From: Nitrospirota bacterium | Lineage (GTDB): Bacteria > Nitrospirota > UBA9217 | DNA: 64,000 nt | Direction: 5' to 3' | Assembly (NCBI GenBank): GCA_963818475.1 | Contig: CAWFSF010000005.1 | Span: forward strand, 288,001 to 352,000 | Part shown: piece after piece, positions 10,890 to 20,552 of the stretch | Layout: the number at the start of each line of letters is the position of its first letter | Numbering within the stretch: the stretch's first letter is position 1 | Program-made: the position numbers and the translations under genes | The notes under the pieces: model-generated | What the model saw: only the letters and a program-made list of their open reading frames with translations | Told to the model about the DNA's origin: nothing | Databases searched by the model: none

Positions 10890-12251
10890 TTATAGCGTTC
10901 CCTTCGCCAGCTTCAGCTCGGCCTGGGAGATATTGTTGTCGTACAGCGCCTGGAGCGCGTTGGTCCGCGCGCGGATGAGCGAACTCTCCGCGCCGAGCAC
11001 ATCAACAAAGGTCGTCATGCCTGATTCGTACCGCTTCTGAACGATCCTGAGGCCTTCCTCGGCTTCCTGTACCGATGAGGAGGTCGCTGCAATGCGGTCC
11101 GTGGACGCCGCAAGATTATAGAACGCCTGCCTGACCTGGAGCTGCTGCCGCCGATCGGGTCTGCTCTTCCAGCGATCCTCATTCTGCTGCTCAATGCGAG
11201 TCGCTTCCTTCACCTTTGCCCTCGTCACGAGCCCGTCAAAGAGGTTCCACTGCAGCACGGCCATGACTGCCCAGCTTTTCGCATCGCTGCCCGCGAGCTG
11301 GTCGCTGTTCCAGTCCATCTGGCCCATGAGGTTCAGGTTCGGCAGATACTCGGTGCGCGCCTGGCTCACGGATTTCTCGGCGTTCTGCCGGTTCAGGCCC
11401 ATCGAGATCAGGTCCGGCCGTTTTGCCGCCGCCTCTTCAATTGCCGCGTTCAGGTCGGCCGGCGCCGGCTGGGCTGCAAGCGTTCCTTCGATCTCGTATT
11501 CCGTTCCCTGCGGCACACCCATGGAAAAAGCCAGGTTCGCTGCGGCAAGCTTGATGCCGTTCTCCGACCGGGTCAGCATCTCCTGCACCTCGGCCAGCTG
11601 CACCCGGGCGCGCAAAAGGTCGGACTGGAGCACGGCGCCCGCATTGAACCGCGCCTCGGCGAGCTTCACGTTCGCCTGGCTCGTCTCCTGCGACTGGAGC
11701 GCCACCTTGTGATATTCCTTTGCAAGCAGCAGCCCGTAGTATGCCTTCACCACGTTGTAGATGGTCTCCTGCCGCGTGCGTTCCCGGTCCTGGACCGATG
11801 CATCCCGTGCGAGCGCTGCCTGCGTTCTGCCGATATATTCCCTGCCGCCGTTGAACACCGGCTGCATCACCGACAGCCTCGTGTTGTAATTGCTGATCGG
11901 CTCGGGGTTGTTCATGATCGCGGGACTGAAATCTGCCGGGGAAACGATCTCCTGGTTCAGCTTGGTGCCGAGCACCATCAGCGGGTTGTCCGACCTGCTC
12001 CAGGTCTCGGAAAGCGTCACCTTCGGAAGAAAGCCCGACGCGGACTTGAGCACGCCTGCATCTGCGGCCTCGATCTGCGCGTCGGCCGCTTTGAGCCCGG
12101 GATTGTTCCTGAGTGCTGTTTCGATCGCCTGCGGAAGCGTGAGGCTTTCCGCTGCATAGCTGTAGATCGCCACTGCCGCCATGAGGAGCAGGAACAGCAT
12201 GGTGCAGGTAATGACGCGCATGGTTTTTCGCAGAAGCCTGTTCATGTTCAT
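10890..12251 (-). CDS. TolC-family outer membrane efflux protein
   Basis: LTLPQAIETALRNNPGL and two OEP repeats. Confidence 0.9.
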   Translation of the reverse strand: MNMNRLLRKTMRVITCTMLFLLLMAAVAIYSYAAESLTLPQAIETALRNNPGLKAADAQIEAADAGVLKSASGFLPKVTLSETWSRSDNPLMVLGTKLNQEIVSPADFSPAIMNNPEPISNYNTRLSVMQPVFNGGREYIGRTQAALARDASVQDRERTRQETIYNVVKAYYGLLLAKEYHKVALQSQETSQANVKLAEARFNAGAVLQSDLLRARVQLAEVQEMLTRSENGIKLAAANLAFSMGVPQGTEYEIEGTLAAQPAPADLNAAIEEAAAKRPDLISMGLNRQNAEKSVSQARTEYLPNLNLMGQMDWNSDQLAGSDAKSWAVMAVLQWNLFDGLVTRAKVKEATRIEQQNEDRWKSRPDRRQQLQVRQAFYNLAASTDRIAATSSSVQEAEEGLRIVQKRYESGMTTFVDVLGAESSLIRARTNALQALYDNNISQAELKLAKGTL

Positions 12252-12601
12252 CACCCTTGCGGTATGGTTGCGCAGGATCCTGCAGCAAACCCGGCGCTGT
12301 TCCAGACAACGATGCCGCCTTCGAGATTTTTAACGTTGTAGCCGAGACGCGCCAGGTGTGCGCTGGCATAAGCGCTCCGGTTGCCGACCCTGCAATAGAC
12401 AACGATCTCTTTATCCTTCGGAAGTTCCCTCACCCGGAACCCCAGTTCCTGCACTGGGATCAGGTAGGACCCCGCTATTGCCTCTGCAGCGTTCTCCTGC
12501 GGAGTCCGCACATCGAGCAGCAGGAAATCCTCCCCTGAGGTGATCTTTCTGTTCAGCTCATCAGGACCTATATTGTCGAATCCATGGGATTGAAAAAACA
12601 T
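12251..12601 (-). CDS. Rhodanese-like sulfurtransferase
   Basis: LLDVRT, YCRVGNRS active loop, NLEGGIVVW. Confidence 0.9.
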   Translation of the reverse strand: MFFQSHGFDNIGPDELNRKITSGEDFLLLDVRTPQENAAEAIAGSYLIPVQELGFRVRELPKDKEIVVYCRVGNRSAYASAHLARLGYNVKNLEGGIVVWNSAGFAAGSCATIPQG

Positions 12602-12677
12602 TGTCTTGTACCTCCGTTACAACACGGGCCATATCTGCACTTATCAATTATAGCGGGGACTTAGCTAAGTATAAGAG

Positions 12678-12759
12678 AAGCTCGAACAATGGACACTGCC
12701 GGGGGGGTTTGCCTTTCGGGGGAAAGGAAGGGGTTTAGCAGCGTCCATTGTTCAAGCTT
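12678..12759 (-). ncRNA. Putative structured 5' leader or sRNA: 22-bp stem with C-rich loop
   Basis: Arms 12678-12699 and 12738-12759. Both mismatches are G-U pairs only on the minus strand. Begins at the predicted sigma54 transcription start. Confidence 0.5.
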
Positions 12760-12772
12760 TGCCTGTTATATT

Positions 12773-12788
12773 ACAATGTGCATGCCAA
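12773..12788 (-). promoter_or_regulatory. Putative sigma54 -24/-12 promoter of the rhodanese-RND operon
   Basis: TTGGCATGCACATTGT (GG-N10-GT). IHF-consensus AATCAACTACTTA lies upstream at 12889-12901. Confidence 0.6.
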
Positions 12789-13172
12789 ATACGTAATAGG
12801 TTGTTTTTATGATGTTTATTTGTAAGAACGAGAAATGTGCGTCAATTTCAGGAAACTATTGTCGAATTAGAACATGGTGGGAGTGCTTTAAGTAGTTGAT
12901 TTTATAATGAACACAGATTAACATGCTTTCGACAATTATTTCCGCATTTATAAAAGCTTTTGGACACGGGTGGGAGCTATTTCTTTTGACACTGATTTTC
13001 ACTGATTGTTTATGATTTATCCGAGGTGATCATAAGCCATCATGTTTTTTCAGTGTCAAAGTTTTTTTCTCCGTGCCTCAGTGGTGAAGCTTCTCCCAGC
13101 GACAAAACATACGGTTGACACAGGCGCAAACACTATGATATGGTTAGGCAAATAACGTTCAAGGAGGCGGCA

Positions 13173-13562
13173 ATGGGAAGGTATAAACCGGTCATTTTCA
13201 TCGCAGTCATGATGCTCTGCATCCTGCCGGGGCTCGGTCATGCAGCAGATGAGCTCTTTGATACGGAAGCCTCAACTGAGCTTGTGAAGAAGGGTATCGA
13301 AGACCTGAGGGCCGGCCGTTATGACGCTGCCATCGAGGCGCTCGAAGAAGCGGTCGGCATCAATCCGGAAGCGCCGGCGTTCTACTATCTCGGCTATGCT
13401 TATTACATGAAGGGCAAAAAGAACGATGGAGAGAACCGCACGAAAGCCATGGAAAATTTTGACAAAGCATATGAACTGGACCCAAACTTCACGCCCATAA
13501 AGATCAAAATCGAAGAACCGGCTGCAGCAGCGCCGGCGCCCGCAGTCCCGCAGCTGAATTAA
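13173..13562 (+). CDS. Secreted TPR protein
   Basis: Signal peptide, TPR helices (AFYYLGYAYY...KAYELDP); AAGGAGG RBS. Confidence 0.8.
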   Translation: MGRYKPVIFIAVMMLCILPGLGHAADELFDTEASTELVKKGIEDLRAGRYDAAIEALEEAVGINPEAPAFYYLGYAYYMKGKKNDGENRTKAMENFDKAYELDPNFTPIKIKIEEPAAAAPAPAVPQLN

Positions 13563-13610
13563 TCTATTCTAATATCTGACAACTCTAATACCTGACAACT
13601 CGATAAAGCA

Positions 13611-13643
13611 AAAAAGACCCGGCTGCACCTGCAGCCGGGTCTT
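13611..13643. terminator. Intrinsic terminator hairpin
   Basis: AAAAAGACCCGGCTGCA-CC-TGCAGCCGGGTCTT between convergent ORFs. Confidence 0.65.
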
Positions 13644-13683
13644 ACCATAACCATCATAGCGTTCAGGCAGCGACCCTTTCCCG

Positions 13684-13863
13684 CTATACCACCACGATCG
13701 CCACCTTCTCGATCGCACTGCCGACCACAAAGACCTTTATATTATTACTGTCGGTGTCAGAGGGCGCCAGAAAGAATCCCGCGTCCTCAGTGCCGTCCGG
13801 TTTGGTGAGGGTAAATCCTTTTTTAAAGGGGACCTCACCGTCGTAACAATCCTTTAGTATCAT
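13684..13863 (-). pseudogene. Small ORF or remnant resembling the C-terminus of the DUF6982 family
   Basis: GFFLAPSDTDSNNIKVFVVGSAI motif, recalled from the family; N-terminal half absent. Confidence 0.35.
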
Positions 13864-13991
13864 TTTTTCAAACTGTTCCGTCCATCTGTTGCACAAAGTG
13901 ATACACAACGTTTCATTGACTCAACAACCAAATTATGCTAATAAGAGGCTGGGTTAAAATCAAGTTTCGGGAGAACGAGCAGAAGGAATTC

Positions 13992-15347
13992 ATGCCGGCA
14001 ACACCCTATACAACACTACGAGCAAAGATCGCGCTGTTCATCATCGTTCTGCTGCTGGTCACTGCCGGCATCTTTTCCTTTCTTACGGTGCAGATCATGA
14101 ACAGCCGCATCACCGATGAGGTCACCAAACGCGCAGAAGCGCTCTGCAAAAGCACAGCAGCGCTGGCGCCGTACAGCATGCTTGCCGGCGACGTTCTCGG
14201 GATGGACAACATCGTTGCCCGGATAAAAGGGGCCAATCCCGACGTTGATTATGTTGCCGTGGCCGACGCCGGCATGCGGACCGTGGCCCATACCCGGGTG
14301 GAAGAGCGGGGCAAAAACCTGGCCCTCTCCCCGGGAGAACTGATCCGGCAGAACAGCGACGGCACCACGATCTACCGGTCGGATAAAACATCGGGCCTTT
14401 TTCTTGAGATAATGACGCCGGTTGTTTACAAGAACATACCGATGGGCAGCGTCGTCATCGGCATTAACGACTCCATGCTGCAGGCTGCCCGGACCGAGAC
14501 ACGCAGAAGGATCCTCGCGGGCTTTGTCATCGTCATTCTGCTCGGCGCGGGATGCATCGTCATCCTGTCGTCCGTAGTGGCGCGGCCCATCAAGGAGCTG
14601 ACGCTTGGTGTTGAGGAGCTCAAAGCAGGACGGTACACAAAGCTCAGGATCTATTCCCATGATGAGCTCGGCAAACTGACCGCGAGCTTTAACCAGATGA
14701 CCGAAAAGATCACCCGGCAGCAGACCAAGCTCAGTGCCTATGCCGCGGAACTGGAAGAGTCTTATGTCTCCACCGTCAAAGTGCTCTCTGCTGCCATCGA
14801 CGCGCGGGACCCTTACACGCTCGGCCATTCCACCCGGGTAGCGATGCTCGCGCGGAAGATCGGGGAGGCTTTAGGGTTCTCCCATGAAGAGCTGGAGGAC
14901 CTCGAGGTCGCCAGCCTGTTCCATGACGTGGGCAAGCTCAAGACGCCGGACGCCCTGCTGCACAAGGACGGCCCGCTGGACGTTCTGGAGCACCGCGAGG
15001 TCGCCAATCACAGCGAGCATGGGGCGGCGATCCTGAGCCGTGCACCGTCACTGCAAAAGTACATCCCCGCGGTTAGGCACCACCATGAATGGTACGACGG
15101 AGAGGGCTATCCCGACCGGCTGCGCGGCGAGGACATCCCGCTGCACGCCGCGATCATCTCGGTTGCAGACGCGTTCGACGCCATGACCTCGGTGCGGCCC
15201 TACAAGCATTCTTTCTCCCGAGCCGACGCGCTTGATGAGCTCGCCCGTTGCTCGGGGACACAGTTCAACCCGCAGGTCGTTAAGGTGTTTCACACGATCT
15301 TTGCCATGGATCCCCTGCCGACAGATCATTTTTCAAGGAGAGCCTGA
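13992..15347 (+). CDS. Membrane HAMP + HD-GYP cyclic-di-GMP phosphodiesterase
   Basis: 2 TM helices, periplasmic sensor, HAMP (DELGKL), HSTRVA, HDVGK, HHEWYDGEGYP, DAFDAMTS. Confidence 0.9.
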   Translation: MPATPYTTLRAKIALFIIVLLLVTAGIFSFLTVQIMNSRITDEVTKRAEALCKSTAALAPYSMLAGDVLGMDNIVARIKGANPDVDYVAVADAGMRTVAHTRVEERGKNLALSPGELIRQNSDGTTIYRSDKTSGLFLEIMTPVVYKNIPMGSVVIGINDSMLQAARTETRRRILAGFVIVILLGAGCIVILSSVVARPIKELTLGVEELKAGRYTKLRIYSHDELGKLTASFNQMTEKITRQQTKLSAYAAELEESYVSTVKVLSAAIDARDPYTLGHSTRVAMLARKIGEALGFSHEELEDLEVASLFHDVGKLKTPDALLHKDGPLDVLEHREVANHSEHGAAILSRAPSLQKYIPAVRHHHEWYDGEGYPDRLRGEDIPLHAAIISVADAFDAMTSVRPYKHSFSRADALDELARCSGTQFNPQVVKVFHTIFAMDPLPTDHFSRRA

Positions 15348-15350
15348 TCC

Positions 15351-15923
15351 ATGCGGATCGCCCGATCGCCCCTGTTGCTGGTGCTCTGCCTTTCGCTGGC
15401 TGCGCTATTGTCTTCCTGCGCCTCTTTCCAGAACAAGCGCCAGACAGTCGAGGAAACCGTGAGGCAGGCCCAGTCGCAGATCGCGCTGGGTGACTACCAA
15501 AAAGCACTCGCCCTTTATGCTGCCGCTGACGACAGAGCAGGGCACCATCCGTCCCTGCATCGTCATTATGTCAGGACGGGTGACCTGATCAGGGCTGCTG
15601 CGGATACGGCATTTGAGCAGAGGAACTTTCAACAAGCCGGCGGGATCTACCATGTCCTGCGGGAGAGCGGCATCACGGAAAGAAGTTTCCAGGAATCCTT
15701 GTCGTTTGATACAGCTTATTTATTGAGCCGGATCGGCTCATGCTCCAATGCGCTTATGGAACTCGGGCTGGTGAAATACCGGGAGGATAATCTCGACGAA
15801 GCGTTCTCGATCTGGAGCAAGGTGCTGGCATTCGACCCCGGGAACAAGACTATCGCGAAAGCCCTGCAGATAACGAACAAGCAGCGGCAGAAGCTGAGGG
15901 ACATCAGCTCGGCAGCAAAGTAA
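15351..15923 (+). CDS. TPR-containing lipoprotein
   Basis: Lipobox LSSC; C-terminal TPR. Confidence 0.75.
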   Translation: MRIARSPLLLVLCLSLAALLSSCASFQNKRQTVEETVRQAQSQIALGDYQKALALYAAADDRAGHHPSLHRHYVRTGDLIRAAADTAFEQRNFQQAGGIYHVLRESGITERSFQESLSFDTAYLLSRIGSCSNALMELGLVKYREDNLDEAFSIWSKVLAFDPGNKTIAKALQITNKQRQKLRDISSAAK

Positions 15924-15950
15924 GCCCTTCCTTCAAACCTTAAAGAACTG

Positions 15951-16140
15951 TTGGACGCGGATGACCAAAAGTAGGCGCTTTTAAGCGACGCAGATTTTCG
16001 CAGATAAAACCCGGCCATTCAGGAGGGAAGGACTTCACTACAAGGCAATGTATCAGGATAGTTATTAAATTTGCCTTCAGTCTTTATCCGCGTTCATCAG
16101 ATTTCGCTTAGAAGCGCCTACTTCTGGTATCCGCGTCCAA
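15951..16140. repeat. Long imperfect inverted repeat (~58-bp arms), MITE-like
   Basis: TTGGACGCGGATGACCAAAAGTAGGCGCTTTTAAGCGA... versus ...TCGCTTAGAAGCGCCTACTTCTGGTATCCGCGTCCAA. Confidence 0.75.
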
Positions 16141-16155
16141 ATGTTCTTTTTAGAT

Positions 16156-16861
16156 CTAAACTTTCCCTTTTAAATAGCGCTGTCTCTTTGCTTCCGGGAA
16201 CCGTTCAATGGCATAGCGCAGCATGGTCCTGGGCATGGCCTGGCAATGCTCTTGTAAAAATCCTTCTTCCGCCCGCAGATCGCGTTTTCCCACTTCTCGC
16301 AGCATCCACCCCACAGCTTTATGGATCAGGTCGTGGTCGTCCTTGATCAGCATCCCTGCGATGGCAAGCGCATCAGAAAAATCATCCTCTTTGATGAACC
16401 GGAACGTGGCAAGGATGGCGATCCGCTTTTTCCAGAGATCGCGCGATCGTGCCAGCGCATAGAGCGGGTTTCTATTCCTGTTCACGAAGATATTCCCCCA
16501 CGATATTCGGCGCTGAAAGGTCCACCAGGTCCCAGTTGTTGATGTAGCGGGTGTTCTTGAGATACTCTCCGTATATGCGCTTTTTTACAGCTTCGCCGCC
16601 CTGTGCATAGGCATGGACAAGCAAAAAGAGCGCGAGCAATCGCTGTTCGTGGACTTCCGATTGCAGGAGCGTTATCGAATCAGCAACCGTGGTATCCCGG
16701 CATTCCTTTGCGAGCTTCCTGAGCAGCGGAACGGTGATGCCGAGGAACACATCGCCCTCGCCGTACTGCCCCGGCCCGGTCTTGAAAAATCCCTGCAGGA
16801 GTTTGGCTTTTTCTTTATTGGCGAGTTTGCGGAGTTTACGCTGAATTGCTGGTATGGTCAT
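16156..16861 (-). CDS. DNA alkylation repair protein (AlkD-like HEAT repeat), one indel
   Basis: FFKTGPGQYGEGDVFLG, NNWDLVD, HKAVGWMLREVGK, MPRTMLRYAIE across two frames. Confidence 0.9.
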
Positions 16862-16889
16862 GATCTTTCCTTTGGTCTTTAGTTCTGTT

Positions 16890-17228
16890 TCAAAGAGGCA
16901 GCATACTTTCTTTCTCGTTTAAATATTTGTCGATCACCGACGGTAGCCTCTTGGGAGACTTAATGCGCAGCTGTTTGTTGACATTGAACCTACCGAACAC
17001 AACCTCAATGTCATTGGCTGTCACGCCAAATTCTTTAGCCAGGAAGCGGACCATGTGATCGGTTGCTCTGCCGGCCACCGGCGTTGCCGTGACACTGACT
17101 TTGAGTTGGTTACCTTTAATTTTGCCAATAGCGTCCTGCTTCGCGCTCGGCTTGCCGAGAATATTCAGCACCAGCGTTTCGCCGTCCCAGACACAGCATG
17201 AATCAGTTTCCAATCCTTTATGCGCCAC
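16890..17228 (-). CDS. DUF167/YggU-family protein
   Basis: LKVSVTATPVAGRAT...LAKEFGV...K motif. Confidence 0.8.
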   Translation of the reverse strand: MAHKGLETDSCCVWDGETLVLNILGKPSAKQDAIGKIKGNQLKVSVTATPVAGRATDHMVRFLAKEFGVTANDIEVVFGRFNVNKQLRIKSPKRLPSVIDKYLNEKESMLPL

Positions 17229-17482
17229 GCTGCCTCCGACAGTATCCTTCGATCAGGTTCTCGTGCATGATTGGCTATTCCGTCCTGTTATTATGCGGCA
17301 TTGGTAAGACATCGACGAACGCAAAACTATTCACAGGTTATGAGTATATTGAAGTTACTCTGAAAGATAAAGAACAAAAATGGGTAGATTCGGGGTATAC
17401 GGAAAAACGGGATTAGGAAGCATGGGATGGGGCTTTGGGTCTATACAATTTATTATCGTCTCGGCAGGGCACGTCGACCACC

Positions 17483-18154
17483 TCACTTCTTGATCGCAGC
17501 CTCGATAAGTGCCTTTACGCCGGGTTCAACGTCGGTGAACTTGATCCCGTACAAAAAGGATTCAGGTGCGGCCGAGACCTTCTTGACCCGTGCGATCTCT
17601 CCATATCCGCTGACGTGTGTTCCATTGGAAAGAAAGAACGAGAAGTAAACGCCATCGCCTTTCGCAAGCGGCTCCTCCGCGCTGATGAGCATCCCGCTTG
17701 CGCTGATATTCTCCGTCCGGAACGACAGCGGAATGTTCTTGAATTTTCCTGAAATAGCGACGGCAAGAGCGGCCCGGTAGGATTTTCTCGGCGCAATATT
17801 CAGGAATTGCTGCATCTTCATGTGCAGAGGCACCGGTTTGACCGGCATGGTAAAGAACGCATTGGGCTTGCATTGGCTGACGCGTTCCCGCTGCGCGAGG
17901 GTGTCCTTGCAGATAATGATCGTGGACACCTCACGCAATTCCTGGCCTTCCCTGATCAGCCTGAAAAGCTCCTCGCACTTCATGCCGGGCAGGTCGAGTT
18001 TAGTGACAATGAGGTCGACCTTTTCCTTCTTGTGGACCTTCAGGATATCATCGTTCGTGGTCGCAGTAAATACAGCAACTCCGGCCCGCTCGAGAAAACC
18101 GCTCTTCTCCGTGATCTGCTTTTTCAGTTCATGTGCCAGCAGCACTTTTTTCAT
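17483..18154 (-). CDS. Degenerate receiver domain + PilZ domain protein
   Basis: PilZ RxxxR (RKSYR) and NISASG; receiver-like N-terminus lacking the acidic pocket. Confidence 0.8.
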   Translation of the reverse strand: MKKVLLAHELKKQITEKSGFLERAGVAVFTATTNDDILKVHKKEKVDLIVTKLDLPGMKCEELFRLIREGQELREVSTIIICKDTLAQRERVSQCKPNAFFTMPVKPVPLHMKMQQFLNIAPRKSYRAALAVAISGKFKNIPLSFRTENISASGMLISAEEPLAKGDGVYFSFFLSNGTHVSGYGEIARVKKVSAAPESFLYGIKFTDVEPGVKALIEAAIKK

Positions 18155-18420
18155 CGGTCTCTCTCATCAGTCCTGAATCAACAGCTTCAGGTTGCAGGTC
18201 AACAGCATATGAAGGAAGCATTACTTATTGACATACTATACCACAACTTTCTGCATAGGGTCCACCGGTCTTGTGACAACCGGGTCTATCGCGAAGCTCG
18301 ATTTTTTAAGCAAGACTTTGCCCTTTTGTTTTCATCCGCCTTTATAAGAAGTACTCTAAAACAACACGGGCGCAGACCGAGAGAAGATCTGCGCCCGCCT
18401 GCGTTACTTATAGTGAGATG

Positions 18421-19232
18421 TTACTTCTTAAAGATCTCCTTCAAGAACATCGTCATATCAGCCCACGACTCCTTGTCAGCCTTTGCATTGTAGGCCAGCG
18501 GGAGCTTAAACTTCAGCCCGTTTTTTGTCGCATCGGGATTCGTGAAGGAGTGAACAGCGCCGGGATAGGAAAAAAACTTGAAATCGGCCTTGGCGTCCGT
18601 CATTTCCTTTTTGAACGCTTCAACTCCCTCAGGGGTGGTAAACTTGTCGTCACCGCCGTGATAGACCCTGATCTTCGCCTTTACGCCGCCGGGCACTGCC
18701 GGCTGAAGCGCTGCAAGGGGGGCGTGGAAACTGGCGGCGCCTTTGAGGTCTGCGCCCTGCCGCGCCATGTTCAGGACCACAGCGCCGCCGAAGCAGTAGC
18801 CGATGGCCGCAATATTGTCAGGATCGACGGTTGGCTGCTTCATTAAAAATTCCTGAGCAGCAAGGAACCGCGGTTTGCCATATTCGTTGAAATGATTCAT
18901 GACCTCGGATGAGAGTTTCCCCGCTTCATCGGGATGTGGGGCCAGCTTGCCGTCGCCGTACATATCCACGGCCAGGGCGGTATAGCCGAGCTGTGCCAGC
19001 ATGCGTGCGCGCTTGCGTGCATATTCGTTCTGCCCCCACCATTCATGAACCACGAGCACTCCGGGCCGCTTGCCCGTGACGTTCTCGTCATAGGCCAGAT
19101 AGCCCTTCAGGACCGTGCTGCCCGTGGTGTATTCCACCGGCTCCCCTTTGATCTTCTGGGCAGCGTTCGCGCCAAGCCAGCCACAAGCAATACGCTTACC
19201 ATACTGATGATTGCCAGCAGCAGCTTATTCAT
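18421..19232 (-). CDS. Dienelactone hydrolase family protein, secreted (indel in the N-terminus)
   Basis: HEWWG, GYCFGG, YPGAVHSF. Signal peptide MNKLLLAIIS starts at 19232 in another frame. Confidence 0.9.
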
Positions 19233-19437
19233 GACGTCCTCCTTTTTGGGGGAACAGGATGTATCAAAAGCGTGCTTTTCTCCCCTGTCGGTATTGATGA
19301 TCCCGTAACAAGTCTTTTAATCCGCGGAGACGCAGAGACTCATTATTTTCCATATGCTCTTCTCGGCGTCTCAGAAGACAGCTGCCTCTCACTTCTATAG
19401 TTTAGCACGATAAAAAAGTGGATGGGGGGTGGGAGGG

Positions 19438-19906
19438 TTACGCGGTTCCGGTCCTTCATGACGCGCTCTATTTCCCGCTTGGATTCCTTTTCCTTGATCG
19501 TGTCCCGTTTGTCAAAGGCCTTCTTGCCTTTTGCGAGGCCAATCAGCACTTTGGCCTTGCCGCGCACGAAATAGATCTTGAGCGGGATGAGCGTGAAGCC
19601 CTTCTGCGTCATTTTCCAGGTTAGCTTGCGGATCTCTTCCTTATGCAGCAGAAGCTTGCGCGTCCGGAGCGGGTCGTGGTTCGCCAGATTGCCCTGGGGA
19701 TAGTGGCTGATATTCCCGTTCAGCAGGAACATCTCCTCGTTCTTCACGATGGCGTAGCTGTCGGTCAGGTTCGCAAGCCCCAGACGCAGGGACTTCACTT
19801 CCGTGCCCAGGAGCGCGATACCTGCTTCAACGGTCTCTTCGATGAAGTAGTCGTGGTGGGCTTTGCGGTTCGTGGCTACTGCGGTATCATGTTTCTTTTC
19901 AGTCAT
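19438..19906 (-). CDS. smpB: SsrA-binding protein SmpB
   Basis: NRKAHHDY, GTEVKSLR, RKLLLHK, KGKKAFDKR. Native stop probably lost to a 1-bp insertion near 19441. Confidence 0.95.
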
Positions 19907-20018
19907 TGGATTGCCTATTGTTTATCGTATTTGCTGATGAGCCGGTACGTTTCCTCGTAGATCCGGTCCCGGAGGCGGGTCGAATGAACTTCGTTCAGGT
20001 CAACCAGAATAGTGACCA

Positions 20019-20047
20019 ATGATACCATTCGGAGCTCTCGACGTCAA
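20019..20047 (-). promoter_or_regulatory. Putative sigma70 promoter upstream of smpB
   Basis: TTGACG-N17-TATCAT with extended TG. Confidence 0.55.
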
Positions 20048-20128
20048 GCAATGGGACGTACAGCAATGCATTTGGAGAAATGGGGAAGTGACAGGCGAAA
20101 GGGTGAAAGAACTCTGGAAAAAGCAACT

Positions 20129-20494
20129 TCAAGCCTTGTCCAGCTCTACTCTTCGCACATCAAGTTTATAAGTTCAAAAATTGATCAGAAGTCCTACAGG
20201 TCGCCGTAAGGCTTTCAGATATGATCTTACTTGGGCATAATGCTTTTTATTGAGTTCGTCCACTGTCTTAAGTTCTAATACAATCTCGTTTTCAATAACC
20301 AGGTCAATTTTATGAACACCGACAGGAGAGCCATCGTAAGAGATAATAACTTCTTTTTCAGACTCGAAGACAATGCCCTGCTTCTTCATTTCGATCAACA
20401 ATGCATTATGGTAAATATTTTCCAGGAAACCGGGCCCTAATTCTTTATGGACAAAGGTACAGGCATTTATGATCTTATTCGGTAAGCTCTGCAT
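20129..20494 (-). CDS. GxxExxY protein (PD-(D/E)XK-like); indel near the C-terminus
   Basis: LGPGFLENIYHNAL, DLVIENEIVLELK, QVRSYL, GLLINF. Tail YKLDVRRVELDKA lies in the shifted frame. AT-rich. Confidence 0.9.
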
Positions 20495-20552
20495 TCCCCC
20501 ATTTCTCCATTCTTTTTCTCCCTTTCCCCTTAAAAGGTTTTATGCTTTTCAA

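Noticed and set aside
12700-12730. GAAAGGCAAACC as a c-di-GMP-I riboswitch
   Set aside because: The P2 GNRA stem and the downstream GCAAAGC/P3 elements are not present in the required order.
17198-17416. Short + strand ORF and GCCGCATAAT as a dif/Xer half-site near DUF167
   Set aside because: No XerD arm and no credible start or family motif.
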